Below, one piece after another: positions 53,053 to 63,493 of a stretch of 64,000 nt of DNA (the first letter of the stretch is position 1; each line of letters starts with the position of its first letter). Source of the stretch: Candidatus Krumholzibacteriota bacterium (lineage in GTDB: Bacteria > Krumholzibacteriota > Krumholzibacteriia > JAJRXK01); the NCBI GenBank assembly GCA_963727455.1, contig CAVSGG010000009.1:224001-288000 (forward strand), in the 5' to 3' direction. The translations under genes were made by a program, and so were the position numbers. The notes beneath the pieces are model-generated. The model had not been told where the DNA came from. It saw nothing but the letters and a program-made list of their open reading frames with translations, and ran no database searches.

Positions 53053-54075
53053 CTAGGCGACCACCCAGGTGTTTTTTCCGTGCAGTAGAGCCTTCAGATC
53101 TCCCGCCCCCTCGCGCTTGCGCGCGGCATCGACCTGCGCCTGCAGACTTTCCTCGTAGATGTCCTTCTTCACATCCAGGAAAACGCCGGTCGGAACCGGG
53201 AAGTCGGGGTAGTCCAGAGTGGAGAGCAAGTAGGCCATCGCAGGATTCGTGGCATCGTGAATCATGAGATCCTTCTCGGTGACGCCGTTTTCGCCGATGG
53301 TGACCTTTTCGGGGCGAAGGCCCTTGAGACGCAGCCCGTATTGACGGTCCTTTCCGAAACGGATCGGCTCGCCCGGCTGCAGATACATCATGTGATCTTC
53401 GCGCACCGCCTTCGCGGTGTACTCCTCGAAGGCCTTGTCATTGAAGATGATGCAGTTCTGATAGACCTCGAGGAAGGAGACCCCGTCGTGCTTGGCCATC
53501 AGCTCGATCATGTGTGACAGGTGCTTGGTGTCGGCGTCGGTCGATCTTCCCACCCAGCTCGCCTCGGCGGCTAGCGCCACGCGGATGGGGCGAATGGGAT
53601 GCTCGACCGTGCCTTGGGGACTGGACTTCGTCCTCTTCCCGTACTCCGAAGTCGGGGAGTACTGGCCTTTCGTGAGACCATAAATACGGTTGTTGAATAG
53701 GATGACGTTGATGTCCAGGTTGCGGCGCAGACCGTGCAGGAAGTGATTCCCGCCGATCGACAGGCCGTCACCGTCACCGGTGATGACCCAGATGCTCAGC
53801 TTCGGATTCGCGATTCGCAGGCCGGTGGCCAGAGTGATGGCGCGGCCGTGGATGCTATGGAATCCGTAGGTATCCATGTAGTAGGGAAAGCGGCTGGAGC
53901 AGCCGATCCCACTGATGAAGACGATGTCCTCCTTGGGGTAACCCAACTCGGGCATCACTTTCTGAACCTGACTCAGAATGGAGTAGTCCCCACAACCGGG
54001 ACACCAGCGCACGTCTTGGTTGCTGGCGAAGTCCTTGCGGGTGAGCTTCTCAGCGGTAGCTCCTGCGGTGTTCAT
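53053..54075 (-). CDS. korB: 2-oxoacid:ferredoxin oxidoreductase beta subunit
   Basis: WCPGCGD, SGIGCSSR, GDGDGLSIGGNH, NNRIYGLTKGQYSPT. Confidence 0.92.
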   Translation of the reverse strand: MNTAGATAEKLTRKDFASNQDVRWCPGCGDYSILSQVQKVMPELGYPKEDIVFISGIGCSSRFPYYMDTYGFHSIHGRAITLATGLRIANPKLSIWVITGDGDGLSIGGNHFLHGLRRNLDINVILFNNRIYGLTKGQYSPTSEYGKRTKSSPQGTVEHPIRPIRVALAAEASWVGRSTDADTKHLSHMIELMAKHDGVSFLEVYQNCIIFNDKAFEEYTAKAVREDHMMYLQPGEPIRFGKDRQYGLRLKGLRPEKVTIGENGVTEKDLMIHDATNPAMAYLLSTLDYPDFPVPTGVFLDVKKDIYEESLQAQVDAARKREGAGDLKALLHGKNTWVVA

Positions 54076-54094
54076 CACATTCTTCCTTTCGGGC

Positions 54095-55951
54095 TCATCT
54101 GGCGACAGCCTTCTTCTCCAGAATGGCCCTGGCCTGTTCAACGATCTCCTCCACCTTGAACGGTTTCCCCTGCACCTTGCTCAAGCCCATGACAGGTTTG
54201 AGATACTCGGCTCGCAGGAGGCGGCGGAGCTGACCCAGGTTCATTTCCGGCACCAAGACCTGGTCGAAACTCTCGAGAATTTTCCCGAGATTGGCGGGGA
54301 ACGGGTTCAGATAGCGCAAGTGCGCATTCGCGACGGATAGACCTTCGGTGTTCCGCAGCGATTCGCAAGCACTCGCAATGGCTCCGTAGGTGGAACCCCA
54401 ACCCAGGATGAGCAACTCCGCGTCGGCGGGTCCCTCGATCTGAAGGTCGGGAACGTCCTGCACCATGCCGGCGACCTTGCGCGCGCGCAGCTGGATCATT
54501 TCCTCGTGATTCGCGGGATCGTAGCTCACGTTTCCTGTGAGGTGATCCTTCTCCAGGCCACCGATGCGGTGCTCGAGATGGGGAGTGCCGGGAATGGCCC
54601 AAGGACGCGAGAGGGTCTTGGGATCACGCCGGTAGGGCATGAACTCGCCCTCGCTCTTGGTGGCGTATTTGACGTGGATCTGCGGAAGCTCGGCGAGATC
54701 GGGAATCCGCCAGGGCTCCGCCCCGTTGGCAAGGTAGCCGTCGGACAGCACCATGACCGGAGTCATGTACTTCGTCGCGAGACGCACCGCCTCCATGGCC
54801 ACATGGAAGCAGTCGCCTGGAGTCGACGGCGCCAGCACCGGCAGGGGACACTCGCCGTTGCGTCCCACCACGGCCTGGAAGAGGTCCGCCTGCTCGGTCT
54901 TGGTGGGCAGGCCCGTGGAAGGTCCCCCGCGCTGCACGTTCACGATGACCAGGGGAAGCTCGGTCATCACGGCCAGTCCGATGGCCTCGCTCTTCAGCGC
55001 CACCCCGGGACCACTGGTTCCGGTAACCGCGATCGATCCGCCGTAGGCGGCCCCTATGGTGGCACCGATGGCGGCGATCTCATCCTCCGCCTGGAAGGTC
55101 TTCACGCCGAAGTCCTTGTGACGCGCCAGCTCGTGCAGGATGTCGCTGGCCGGAGTGATGGGATAGCTGCCGTAGAAGACGTCGGTCTTGCTCACCGCGC
55201 CCGCCGCGACGAAACCCAGAGCAAGCGCCTGGTTTCCGTTGATGCTGCGGTAGGTTCCCGGAGCCAGCGCGGCTTTCTTGACCTCGTAGGTGGTCTGGAA
55301 GACCTCGACCGTCTCCGCGTAATGCAGACCCTTCTTCAGCGCCAATTTGTTGGCCTGCGCGATTTCCGGCTTGGCGCCGAATTTCTGCTCGATCCAGGCC
55401 AGGGTGGAATCCAGGGAGCGCTGGTAGAGATAGAACATCACGCCCAGGGCGAAGAAGTTCTTACAGCGCTCGGCCAGCTTGCGCTTGAGACCGGTTTCCT
55501 CGACCGCGTTGATGGTCAGTTCGGTCATGGGAACCCGAATGAGGCGATAGTCGTCCAGGGAACCGTCTTCCAGCGGATTGCTCTCGTAGCCCGCCAGCTT
55601 CAGGTTCGACTTGGCGAAGGCGTCCTCGTTCACCATGAGGACTCCACCCTTGGGCAGGTCCTTCAGGTTCACCTTGAGCGCGGCCGGATTCATGGCCACC
55701 AGAACGTCGGGGTGATCCCCCGGCGTGCGAATGTCGTGCGAACTGAATTGGATTTGGAATCCCGAAACCCCGGCCAGGGAGCCGGCTGGGGCGCGGATTT
55801 CGGCGGGGTAGTCGGGGAAGGTCGCGATATCGTTTCCGACCAAGGCCGCGGTATCCGTGAATCGTGACCCGGTGAGTTGCATTCCGTCTCCGGAGTCACC
55901 CGCGAAACGAATCGTGACGCATTCCAATTCGGTCACTTTGCGCTCTGACAT
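54095..55951 (-). CDS. korA: 2-oxoacid:ferredoxin oxidoreductase alpha subunit
   Basis: AGDSGDGMQL, YPAEIRAP, YPITPAS, QAEDEIAA, QRGGPSTGLPT. Confidence 0.92.
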   Translation of the reverse strand: MSERKVTELECVTIRFAGDSGDGMQLTGSRFTDTAALVGNDIATFPDYPAEIRAPAGSLAGVSGFQIQFSSHDIRTPGDHPDVLVAMNPAALKVNLKDLPKGGVLMVNEDAFAKSNLKLAGYESNPLEDGSLDDYRLIRVPMTELTINAVEETGLKRKLAERCKNFFALGVMFYLYQRSLDSTLAWIEQKFGAKPEIAQANKLALKKGLHYAETVEVFQTTYEVKKAALAPGTYRSINGNQALALGFVAAGAVSKTDVFYGSYPITPASDILHELARHKDFGVKTFQAEDEIAAIGATIGAAYGGSIAVTGTSGPGVALKSEAIGLAVMTELPLVIVNVQRGGPSTGLPTKTEQADLFQAVVGRNGECPLPVLAPSTPGDCFHVAMEAVRLATKYMTPVMVLSDGYLANGAEPWRIPDLAELPQIHVKYATKSEGEFMPYRRDPKTLSRPWAIPGTPHLEHRIGGLEKDHLTGNVSYDPANHEEMIQLRARKVAGMVQDVPDLQIEGPADAELLILGWGSTYGAIASACESLRNTEGLSVANAHLRYLNPFPANLGKILESFDQVLVPEMNLGQLRRLLRAEYLKPVMGLSKVQGKPFKVEEIVEQARAILEKKAVAR

Positions 55952-56001
55952 GGATCTTCAGTCCTCGAGGTTCAGGTTGAAGTCTTCGTTACGATGCCGC
56001 A

Positions 56002-56502
56002 TCAACCCCCCTCCGCTTGGCTCATGACCTGACCCAAGTGGGGAGGCAAGTTGTAGACTTCGGTGGGAAAGAGCTCCGCGATGTATTTCACGATGCCCAA
56101 AGCGGTGAGAACTCCCACCAACTTGTGGTTCTCGACCACGGGAATGTGCCGATAGCCGCCTTCGACGATGAGATCGAGAGCCTGCAGGATCGAATCGTTC
56201 GGACCGATACAGCGCGGCTCCTTCGTCATGAACTCATCCACCGGTCGCTTGAGAGAGACCCCGTTTCCGGCGATCTTGTCGAGGTAGTCCCTCTCGGTGA
56301 AGATGCCGAGGAGGCGCTCGCCGTCGACAACCAGCGCGTAGTTCGTGGGGCGTGCCTTGATCCCTTCCACCGCTTCCTGGACTGGGGAATGGAGGGCGAC
56401 GGTGAAGGGTTCGCGCCGCATGACGTGGCGCACCTGCTCGCTGCTCAAGATTTGCTTCAGCTGCGGCTCTGAGGAGGGGGAATTCGAGTTTGTGGAGTCC
56501 AA
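56002..56502 (-). CDS. CBS-domain protein
   Basis: LLGIFTERDYL, FMT, GGYRHIPVV; TTG start after GGAGG. Confidence 0.8.
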   Translation of the reverse strand: MDSTNSNSPSSEPQLKQILSSEQVRHVMRREPFTVALHSPVQEAVEGIKARPTNYALVVDGERLLGIFTERDYLDKIAGNGVSLKRPVDEFMTKEPRCIGPNDSILQALDLIVEGGYRHIPVVENHKLVGVLTALGIVKYIAELFPTEVYNLPPHLGQVMSQAEGG

Positions 56503-56738
56503 GGCTAACCTCCCGCGTTCTCTAACGATATAAGAGAGCAGTCTAAACTCGTCTAGCACTGTGAGCAAGCCGACGCGGTAGATAGCTGGCTCAGCGACCC
56601 GGGACATCCCCCCTGATGGCGGCCAATATAGAGCGTGCTGAGGTGAGGTAAAGCCCCGACTGATCATTTTCCTGTCGTGAGCACATCGCGCAGGAACACA
56701 GGCCAGCGATTTTTCGGGCTGAATTTGGCCGCGCCCGG

Positions 56739-59390
56739 CTAGTCGGCAGCCTCTTCCGCTGCTCTCGTACGCAGCAGCGCATTGTAGAATAGCTTGAAGC
56801 TCGTTTCGCTCTGAGCGCGGTGGAGCGGGGAAAAGCCGAAGAGGACGATCCTCCCCTTCTGCAACGGAAGGTCCACCAGGGCCGGCCGTCCCGCGAGATG
56901 TCTCTCCCCCCGCAGATAGCCGGAAACGAGCAGATCCTCCCTGGCGTACAGTGTGGGGACCCCGATCCTCTCGGTATAGGCCTCCGGACGGAAGGCCTCG
57001 CCCTCGTCAAGAACCGCCGCAATCGAGGAAGGCATGCCCCAGCACAGGGGATGGGTCGGGTCGAGCTGGACTCTCACTTGGGTCCCCGGCGCCTCGAACT
57101 CATCCGAGGAGAGGAGCTCCAGTTCCGGTTGCACCGGCAACCTCAGAGCATGCGTGGCCCAGCGTGTGGCGGGTCCCATTGCGATGAGAGTCCCTCCCGC
57201 GCGCACGTACTGGCTGAGCAGCTCGGCGGCATTGCAATCGTCCAGGCCTCCCTGGTACTCCTTGGGCCAGGTAGCGCGGGAAAGACTGGGGCCGCGCGCC
57301 TCCTCGCGCCCCGCGGAGAGGATCTCGGGCGAGATCGGAGGCAGCACGATGATATCGTAGTCGCGCCGAAGGACCTCCCCCGGGTCGACCCGGTTGCTCA
57401 GGGCGCGAAAGTCACCGTTACGCAGGCGCTGGTAGCTGAAGCCGCTGCGATCCAGAACCAACCGCATCCAGCCCTCGCCGGTACTCCCTCCCCACGGACA
57501 ATAGAGCGCCAGGGAAGGCGCGTGCAGAGGAGCCGCATGGATGCGAAGCGCCGCGGCGTCCATACTGGAACTCGGCACCGGCAGAGCGTGCGCGCCGGCC
57601 GCCATGAGTAGAGCATCCTGCGCCCGCCCGTCGCGAAGCAAAAAATCGCCCTGGTGGATCCGGCTCTGCAAGCCAGGGGAAGGTTCCGGAGGACTCTTCC
57701 AGCGCCAGACTTCGACTCCCTGGGCCAAAAGTTTTGCTGCCGCCACGTAGCTCGCGTTGTCCCGGGCGGGCAGACGCACCGGGCCATCCACCGCCTCGGG
57801 TAAGGGACGATGGGGTCGAACCACTGGCGCAGCCCGGCTGAAATCGACGGCCTCGTCGAGGGACTCGACACGCACTCCCAAGAGCGCGGGCAAATTCCAG
57901 GCGCTGAGATCGTAGGGATGGAGCGCCGCCTCGTCCTTGCTCGCCCGGTGGGCCGGATAGTCTGGCGGATCCAACATCTCCATGAGGAAGGGACGAAAGG
58001 GCTGCGCGGCGTCGATGAGATAGGCGCCCTGGGGGTACGGTCTTCCCCCCACCGCAGCCGGACCCTCGAGCCAACGGAGCTGGATCCCCTCGTCCAGGAG
58101 CAGCTCGGCCAGGCGGTGCGCGGATCCCTCGTCGTGTTGGTCGGCCCCTACCACGAATCCGTAGGGCGCTTCGCTGCGTCCGCGCTGCACCGCCTCGGCA
58201 TTCATCCGATAAAAATTGAAGAGGAGCTCCTCCCTCTCGCGCGCCGCATAGGCGAGCAAGGAGAAGCTGAGGTCCTTCTCCAGGCTGACGATGTCCCGCA
58301 GCCGCCACCAACCGCCCGGCCAGGGATCGAGGAAATTGGACTGCCGCGCATATGAGGGCAGGCCTCGCCCACCTCCGTGTAGGCTTCCCGGCGCAAAGTA
58401 CAGTGGCGTCGCGATACGCGCGCTGGCCACCTCCGAGAGCAGGCCCAGCATGTTGTGCCAAAAGCCGGTCGAGCGCACCGAACCCGGCCATTCCCCGGTG
58501 AAGATGGTGGAGGTGGTGATCCCGCGGTGGCCGGCGGCGGTGAGTTCGCTCAGCATCTGCTGACCGGCCGCCGCGAGTTGGCTGTATACCAGTGGGTGCA
58601 CCGTGGAGGAGATCGGATCGTCGAAGGGTGGGAGGAACAGCCGGGGACCTGATGTCCCCATTTGATGCTCGTCGAGAATGACCTGGGGCAACCAATCTTC
58701 GTAGATGAGGCGCGACCAGAGCGAGGTCTCTTTCAGATTGTTGAAGAAACCGTCGCGGTTGTTGTCATGCCCCGCGTAGTGGTGGTAGAGCCACGGCGGC
58801 GGGCTGCCTTCGGCCTCGGTCCCCAGGTTCTTGCCGTACCAATCGCGCACGATGTCCAGCCCGTCCGGATTCATCGAAGGCACCATGAGCACCAGGCAGT
58901 TGTCGAGAATGGAGCGCATGGGCGCGTCATCACGGGTGGCAAACTCGTACATGATCTCCAGCGCGGCCTGCGAGGCTCCCACCTCGATGGCGTGAAGACC
59001 CATGGAGAATGCGACGATCACCTTTCCCTCGCGGGCCAACTCGCGCGCCCGCGCGGAATCGGTATCTCCTACCGTATAGAGCTGGTGGGCGAGGTCCTGC
59101 AGATGGTCGCGCTGGGCCACGGATTCCGCGCTGCCGAGGATCACGACGATGAAGGGTTTGCCCAGAGTGCTCTGACCGAGCTGGACTACGTCCACCCGAT
59201 CGCTCTGCTCGCTCAGATGATGGCTGTAGGCAACGATGCTATCCCAGCCGGCCAGCTCCCGGTCCGCGCCGAGGGGATGGCCCAGCCACTGGGCGGGTGA
59301 TTGGATATCTTCGTTCTCGGCATGCGCGGGCGCCACGGTGGCGCTCAGGAGCATGGCTGCCGCCAGCAAAGAAAGAAGAACTCTCGCCAT
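56739..59390 (-). CDS. Secreted M14 zinc carboxypeptidase-family protein
   Basis: HAIE, NPDG, DNNRD and DEHQMG motifs; C-terminal GATase-like region. Confidence 0.85.
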   Translation of the reverse strand: MARVLLSLLAAAMLLSATVAPAHAENEDIQSPAQWLGHPLGADRELAGWDSIVAYSHHLSEQSDRVDVVQLGQSTLGKPFIVVILGSAESVAQRDHLQDLAHQLYTVGDTDSARARELAREGKVIVAFSMGLHAIEVGASQAALEIMYEFATRDDAPMRSILDNCLVLMVPSMNPDGLDIVRDWYGKNLGTEAEGSPPPWLYHHYAGHDNNRDGFFNNLKETSLWSRLIYEDWLPQVILDEHQMGTSGPRLFLPPFDDPISSTVHPLVYSQLAAAGQQMLSELTAAGHRGITTSTIFTGEWPGSVRSTGFWHNMLGLLSEVASARIATPLYFAPGSLHGGGRGLPSYARQSNFLDPWPGGWWRLRDIVSLEKDLSFSLLAYAAREREELLFNFYRMNAEAVQRGRSEAPYGFVVGADQHDEGSAHRLAELLLDEGIQLRWLEGPAAVGGRPYPQGAYLIDAAQPFRPFLMEMLDPPDYPAHRASKDEAALHPYDLSAWNLPALLGVRVESLDEAVDFSRAAPVVRPHRPLPEAVDGPVRLPARDNASYVAAAKLLAQGVEVWRWKSPPEPSPGLQSRIHQGDFLLRDGRAQDALLMAAGAHALPVPSSSMDAAALRIHAAPLHAPSLALYCPWGGSTGEGWMRLVLDRSGFSYQRLRNGDFRALSNRVDPGEVLRRDYDIIVLPPISPEILSAGREEARGPSLSRATWPKEYQGGLDDCNAAELLSQYVRAGGTLIAMGPATRWATHALRLPVQPELELLSSDEFEAPGTQVRVQLDPTHPLCWGMPSSIAAVLDEGEAFRPEAYTERIGVPTLYAREDLLVSGYLRGERHLAGRPALVDLPLQKGRIVLFGFSPLHRAQSETSFKLFYNALLRTRAAEEAAD

Positions 59391-59445
59391 CGACCGAAGT
59401 GGGCGCCGCCGGGCGCCCACTACCCCCGTTTCGACTACGCGCTTC

Positions 59446-61428
59446 TCAGCGCACCAGCGTCATCGATCGAGTCTGATCGACTCCATCGGCCTGGAAGCGA
59501 TAGTAGTATACCCCGCTGGCGACTTGACGTCCCGCGGAGTCTACGCCGTTCCAGATGACCGAATGCGAGCCCGCTGGCTGGGGGCCGTCGAGTAAGCTCG
59601 CAATCCTGCGCCCACGCGCATCGTAGACGGAGAGATGCACGGTGGCATCGCGCGCGAGATCGAAACGGATGGTCGTGCGCGGGTTGAAGGGATTCGGATG
59701 GTTCGTCAAGAGGCGAGTCAGTCCGGGAATGGCGGGAGTGGCAGTGCCCACGTTCTGCACCGTTGCGCTCAGGTTGTAGACCAGATCATCGCGCGTGCTG
59801 GCACCGAGAACGCCCTGCTCGTCGCGGGTCTTGAAATGGAGAGCCGCGACATACACCTGGCCACCGGTCACTCCGTTGTCGTCGAAGTGGACCGTGAAGT
59901 TGGCGGCGGACCCGCCAATATTGACCGCCGAAAAACCGGGCACGCTGAAGCGTGACGCGTCGGTACCCGAAATCTGTACATCGTAAACGTTCAGCAGGGC
60001 CTGCAGGGTATCGAAGCCGTAGTTGTAGGCATCCACCTGGATGTCGCTGAATTCTCCCTCAGCGTGGTTGCCAAAATCGGCCGACTCACTCGCGACCAAC
60101 GCGTCGGAACGCACCGAGGGTGCGGCCGGAGCAAGCACGGTGGCCGAGGCGGCCCGCTGCGCAGTGGGATTATCGGGCGCATTGGTGGTGAAATCGACCG
60201 TTCCCGTCAAATCGGCCGGGGTGGAGGTCACCACTCCGATGGACGCCGAGCCCGATCCACCCGCGGACACGCTCGAAGTTCCCGCGGGTGCGGTGAAGCC
60301 GCTGCTTGCGTTCATGCTGTAGTCGAGATCGTCCGAAGGAATGGGAGCCGGATTGCTCACGCTCAAGAGGATTTGGGGCGAGCTTCCCACCAGCACGCGG
60401 CCGAAGCCCAGGGTTCCGGTGATCTGCAACTTGGCGGGCATCTGAAGGTCGAGGTAGAGCGGCAGATGATCCGAACCACGAAACAGGGCGTTGGCGATGG
60501 TCGTTCCCTCGGGAATGGTGGGAGAGTCGGTGATGTTCTTGTTGAAGTGGTTTCCATCCTGACCGTAGGTGGTGTAGGTACCGCTCAAGTACGCGATTCC
60601 CGACCCGTCTAGCATATCGTCGTTGGCCAAGAGAAAATCGAAGCGGTCATCCAGGCCGCCGGTGCTGCCTCCGTCGCCCAGATTGTCCAGTCGCGGCGAC
60701 TGAGAATGGACGTCCTCGAAGGCGGAGTTGTTGTGCCAGTCTCCGACACGATTGATGGGATCGAAGACCCGTCCGTCGTTGTCGCTCAGGCTCCCCGTCA
60801 GCTCGTCCCAGGCAGGTTCGGAACTGGCGGAATAGAAATTGAAATCGCCTCCCACCAGGAAGTGGCTTCCCGCCGGTAGAGTATTCAGATGGTTGCGCAG
60901 GATGGTGGCTTCGGCGAGCCGCTTCTGTTCGTTGTCGGTGCCCGAGCTGGCTTTTAGATGCACCGCGTAGATCCGGAACTCCGAGGCGCTCGCGCTGTAG
61001 CCATCCGGCTTGAAGGCCCAGCCGTTGATGTCGCGCAGAGCGGTGGAAAGGGTCACCATGCTCTGATAGTTCAGGGCACTGGTCCGGTAGTAACAGGCAT
61101 TTTCCGTGTCCGGGCCCACCACGAAGGGGGCCATGCTCCACTGTCCCGGCTCGATGGTGTTGAGGACGTTGTCCAGGAAGTACTGAGCCCCATCAGTACC
61201 AATGATCTCCTCGGCGATCATGAGATCCGGATGCACGGCGGACAACACGGTTCGCACATATCCGACCCGCGAGGAGAGATTACTCGGGGAAGCATTCAAG
61301 ACGTTCCACGAGACCACCCGCAGGGCCAAGGCAGGCGAGGCAAAGATGGTCAGAATCAGCACGAAGACGAGGAAACGAGGATACACGGACGCCGGAAGGC
61401 GCCCGGGGAGCCGGGTGAGGGGAGGCAT
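59446..61428 (-). CDS. Secreted endonuclease/exonuclease/phosphatase with a C-terminal FlgD-Ig domain
   Basis: SWNV, HLKA, GDFN, DRFD and SDHLP motifs; NHPNPFNPRT tail. Confidence 0.85.
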   Translation of the reverse strand: MPPLTRLPGRLPASVYPRFLVFVLILTIFASPALALRVVSWNVLNASPSNLSSRVGYVRTVLSAVHPDLMIAEEIIGTDGAQYFLDNVLNTIEPGQWSMAPFVVGPDTENACYYRTSALNYQSMVTLSTALRDINGWAFKPDGYSASASEFRIYAVHLKASSGTDNEQKRLAEATILRNHLNTLPAGSHFLVGGDFNFYSASSEPAWDELTGSLSDNDGRVFDPINRVGDWHNNSAFEDVHSQSPRLDNLGDGGSTGGLDDRFDFLLANDDMLDGSGIAYLSGTYTTYGQDGNHFNKNITDSPTIPEGTTIANALFRGSDHLPLYLDLQMPAKLQITGTLGFGRVLVGSSPQILLSVSNPAPIPSDDLDYSMNASSGFTAPAGTSSVSAGGSGSASIGVVTSTPADLTGTVDFTTNAPDNPTAQRAASATVLAPAAPSVRSDALVASESADFGNHAEGEFSDIQVDAYNYGFDTLQALLNVYDVQISGTDASRFSVPGFSAVNIGGSAANFTVHFDDNGVTGGQVYVAALHFKTRDEQGVLGASTRDDLVYNLSATVQNVGTATPAIPGLTRLLTNHPNPFNPRTTIRFDLARDATVHLSVYDARGRRIASLLDGPQPAGSHSVIWNGVDSAGRQVASGVYYYRFQADGVDQTRSMTLVR

Positions 61429-61656
61429 GCGGACTGTCCTTTCTCGAAGTTGCAAATTCAGGCCTACGCCGATACAAAGATAATAGCAGATGGCAAGCTC
61501 GCGAAGGAAAATGAGCCCCCGTGAAAACGCACGCGACGTCTTTGCCGTCGGAACCGAAGCATCCAAGACCGGCGCAACTGAGAACGTGGGGGATCCGTAG
61601 TTCTGCTTCGGGGTAAACCCCGCCCATTTCAGCCCCCCTGCCACGGAGCCGCTTCC

Positions 61657-62673
61657 ATGCGTAGAGCTAGCAAAGTCGCCCTCGGCTGCCTCCTTTCCCC
61701 TCTCGTACTTCTGGTGTTCGCGCTCATCTTCGTGCTGAGCGCACGGATGAGCGGAGTACCCGAGCCCTCGATGGTCGACACCGAGTTGGGCCAGAAGGTT
61801 CCGACGGAAATCGCTACGCCAAAACCTTCCACTACCAGGACTCACCTGGAACGAAGGGAAACCGCCGCGAGCGATGAGGAAGCGCAGGCACCGTCGAACG
61901 CAGTGCGCGTGGTGATCGAAATGGAAGAGGCCGAATTCCACATCGACCCGGGGCCGGCCGAAGACGGCATCAAGGTGGAGGCCAAGTACGACAAAGCGAC
62001 CTACGATCTGATGCAGAACTACGACGTGGACAACGACGGGACTCCCACCTATCACCTGTCCTTCAAGTCCCGTGTCCACTGGTTGAAGAGAGTCTTGGCC
62101 GAAAAGAACTTCTCCGAGGACCACCCCGACAACCGGATCGAGGTGCGTCTACCGGTCGACACCCCCATGGACCTCCAGATCTCTCTCGCCAAGGGGGAAG
62201 GCAAGGTCGATCTGACCAACCTGGCTCTGACCAAGCTCACCAGCAAGTTCACGATGGGTGACTACCAGATGGACGTCGATCGTTCCAATTCCCTGGACAT
62301 GAGCCGACTCAGTCTCGAAGGAAAAATGGGCGAGTTCGAAATCAACGGCATCTCGAGGTTGGCAGCGCGCAGTATTCTCATCGTAGGAGGTATGGGAGAG
62401 ATGAGAGTCCACTTCGGGGGACCTCTTCTGCGTGACACCTCTCTGGTCACGAACATGAGGATGGGCGAGATGTCGCTCCGGCTCCCCGACAACGCCGTTT
62501 GGCAGGGCGACGGCAAGGCCGTTTTTGGAGAGGTTAGCGGCGGTGAGGGCCAGCGCGAGATCAGCGATCCCGAGGGTCCTCGGCTCAGCTACCGATCAAA
62601 AGTCTCGTTCGGAGAACTCAGCATCTTCCCCTACCACGTCGAGACTCCTTCCCTCGAGAGTCGCCGCGACTGA
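61657..62673 (+). CDS. Membrane-anchored beta-solenoid protein (LiaF/DUF2154-like)
   Basis: N-terminal TM helix; repeated xxMGE/GD beta units. Confidence 0.5.
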   Translation: MRRASKVALGCLLSPLVLLVFALIFVLSARMSGVPEPSMVDTELGQKVPTEIATPKPSTTRTHLERRETAASDEEAQAPSNAVRVVIEMEEAEFHIDPGPAEDGIKVEAKYDKATYDLMQNYDVDNDGTPTYHLSFKSRVHWLKRVLAEKNFSEDHPDNRIEVRLPVDTPMDLQISLAKGEGKVDLTNLALTKLTSKFTMGDYQMDVDRSNSLDMSRLSLEGKMGEFEINGISRLAARSILIVGGMGEMRVHFGGPLLRDTSLVTNMRMGEMSLRLPDNAVWQGDGKAVFGEVSGGEGQREISDPEGPRLSYRSKVSFGELSIFPYHVETPSLESRRD

Positions 62674-63493
62674 TGGAGCGAGAGGGATAGAATTCGTGGA
62701 AATGGTGCAGGGGTCCGTGCCCGTGACCTAAAGGCGACGCGCTCTTCAGCGCTTCCGTCACGAATTCCTTGGCCTGCCCGACTGCCTCGCCGAGTTCGAA
62801 TCCGCGCGCCAGATACGCAGCGATGGCCGACGAGAGGGTGCACCCCGTGCCATGAGTGCTGGTGGTTTCGACTCGTGGTGCAGAGAAGACTCGAAATTCC
62901 TTGCCGTCGAAGAGGATGTCGTCGGCTCGCTCCCCGCCGGCGTGGCCCCCCTTGATCAGTACCGCTCTCGGGCCGAGTTCCAGGAGTTGGCGCGCGGCTA
63001 TCTCCAACTCCTGCATGCCCAAGCGAACAGGGCGCCCCAGAAGAGCTTCGACCTCGGGAAGGTTGGGCGTCACGAGGGTTGCCAGAGGAAAGAGTAAGCT
63101 CTCGAGAGTCTTCAGGGCGTCCAAGGGAAGCAGCACGCCACGGCTTTGGGCGTTGAGAACGGGATCGACCACCACGGGAGCCGAGTTCATCTCAGCCAAA
63201 CTTGCCGCTACTGTTTCGGCGATCTCCCGACTTCCGAGCATGCCCGTTTTCACCGCTGCCACCGGGAAGTCGTCGTAAACCGCGCGCATCTGCTCACACA
63301 CGCTCTTATTTGAGGCGAGTTGAACGTGACGAACCTCTTGCGTGTTCTGTGCAGTCAGAGCAGTGACGGCGAAGACTCCGTGCACTTGCAATGCAGAGAA
63401 AGTCCGCAGATCAGCCTGCACCCCGGCGCCCCCTCCGCTGTCGCTGCCGGCGATGCTCAGGACGACGGGAAGCGGCTGGGCGGTGGAGTGCAT
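62618..63493 (-). CDS. thiD: Hydroxymethylpyrimidine/phosphomethylpyrimidine kinase
   Basis: IAGSDSGGGAGVQADL, TAQNT, KTGML, TPNLPE, KGGH, HGTGCTLSSA. Confidence 0.95.
   Translation of the reverse strand: MHSTAQPLPVVLSIAGSDSGGGAGVQADLRTFSALQVHGVFAVTALTAQNTQEVRHVQLASNKSVCEQMRAVYDDFPVAAVKTGMLGSREIAETVAASLAEMNSAPVVVDPVLNAQSRGVLLPLDALKTLESLLFPLATLVTPNLPEVEALLGRPVRLGMQELEIAARQLLELGPRAVLIKGGHAGGERADDILFDGKEFRVFSAPRVETTSTHGTGCTLSSAIAAYLARGFELGEAVGQAKEFVTEALKSASPLGHGHGPLHHFHEFYPSRSISRGDSRGKESRRGRGRC

Noticed and set aside
54506-55867. Long antisense and alternative-frame ORFs (e.g. 54506-55867, 18453-19952, 1495-2676, 57418-58695)
   Set aside because: Shadow ORFs of well-supported genes in GC-rich DNA, with no recognisable motifs.
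61429-62124. N-terminal extension of the 892-aa ORF
   Set aside because: It overlaps the opposite-strand gene at 61657, and the signal peptide indicates a start near 61428.
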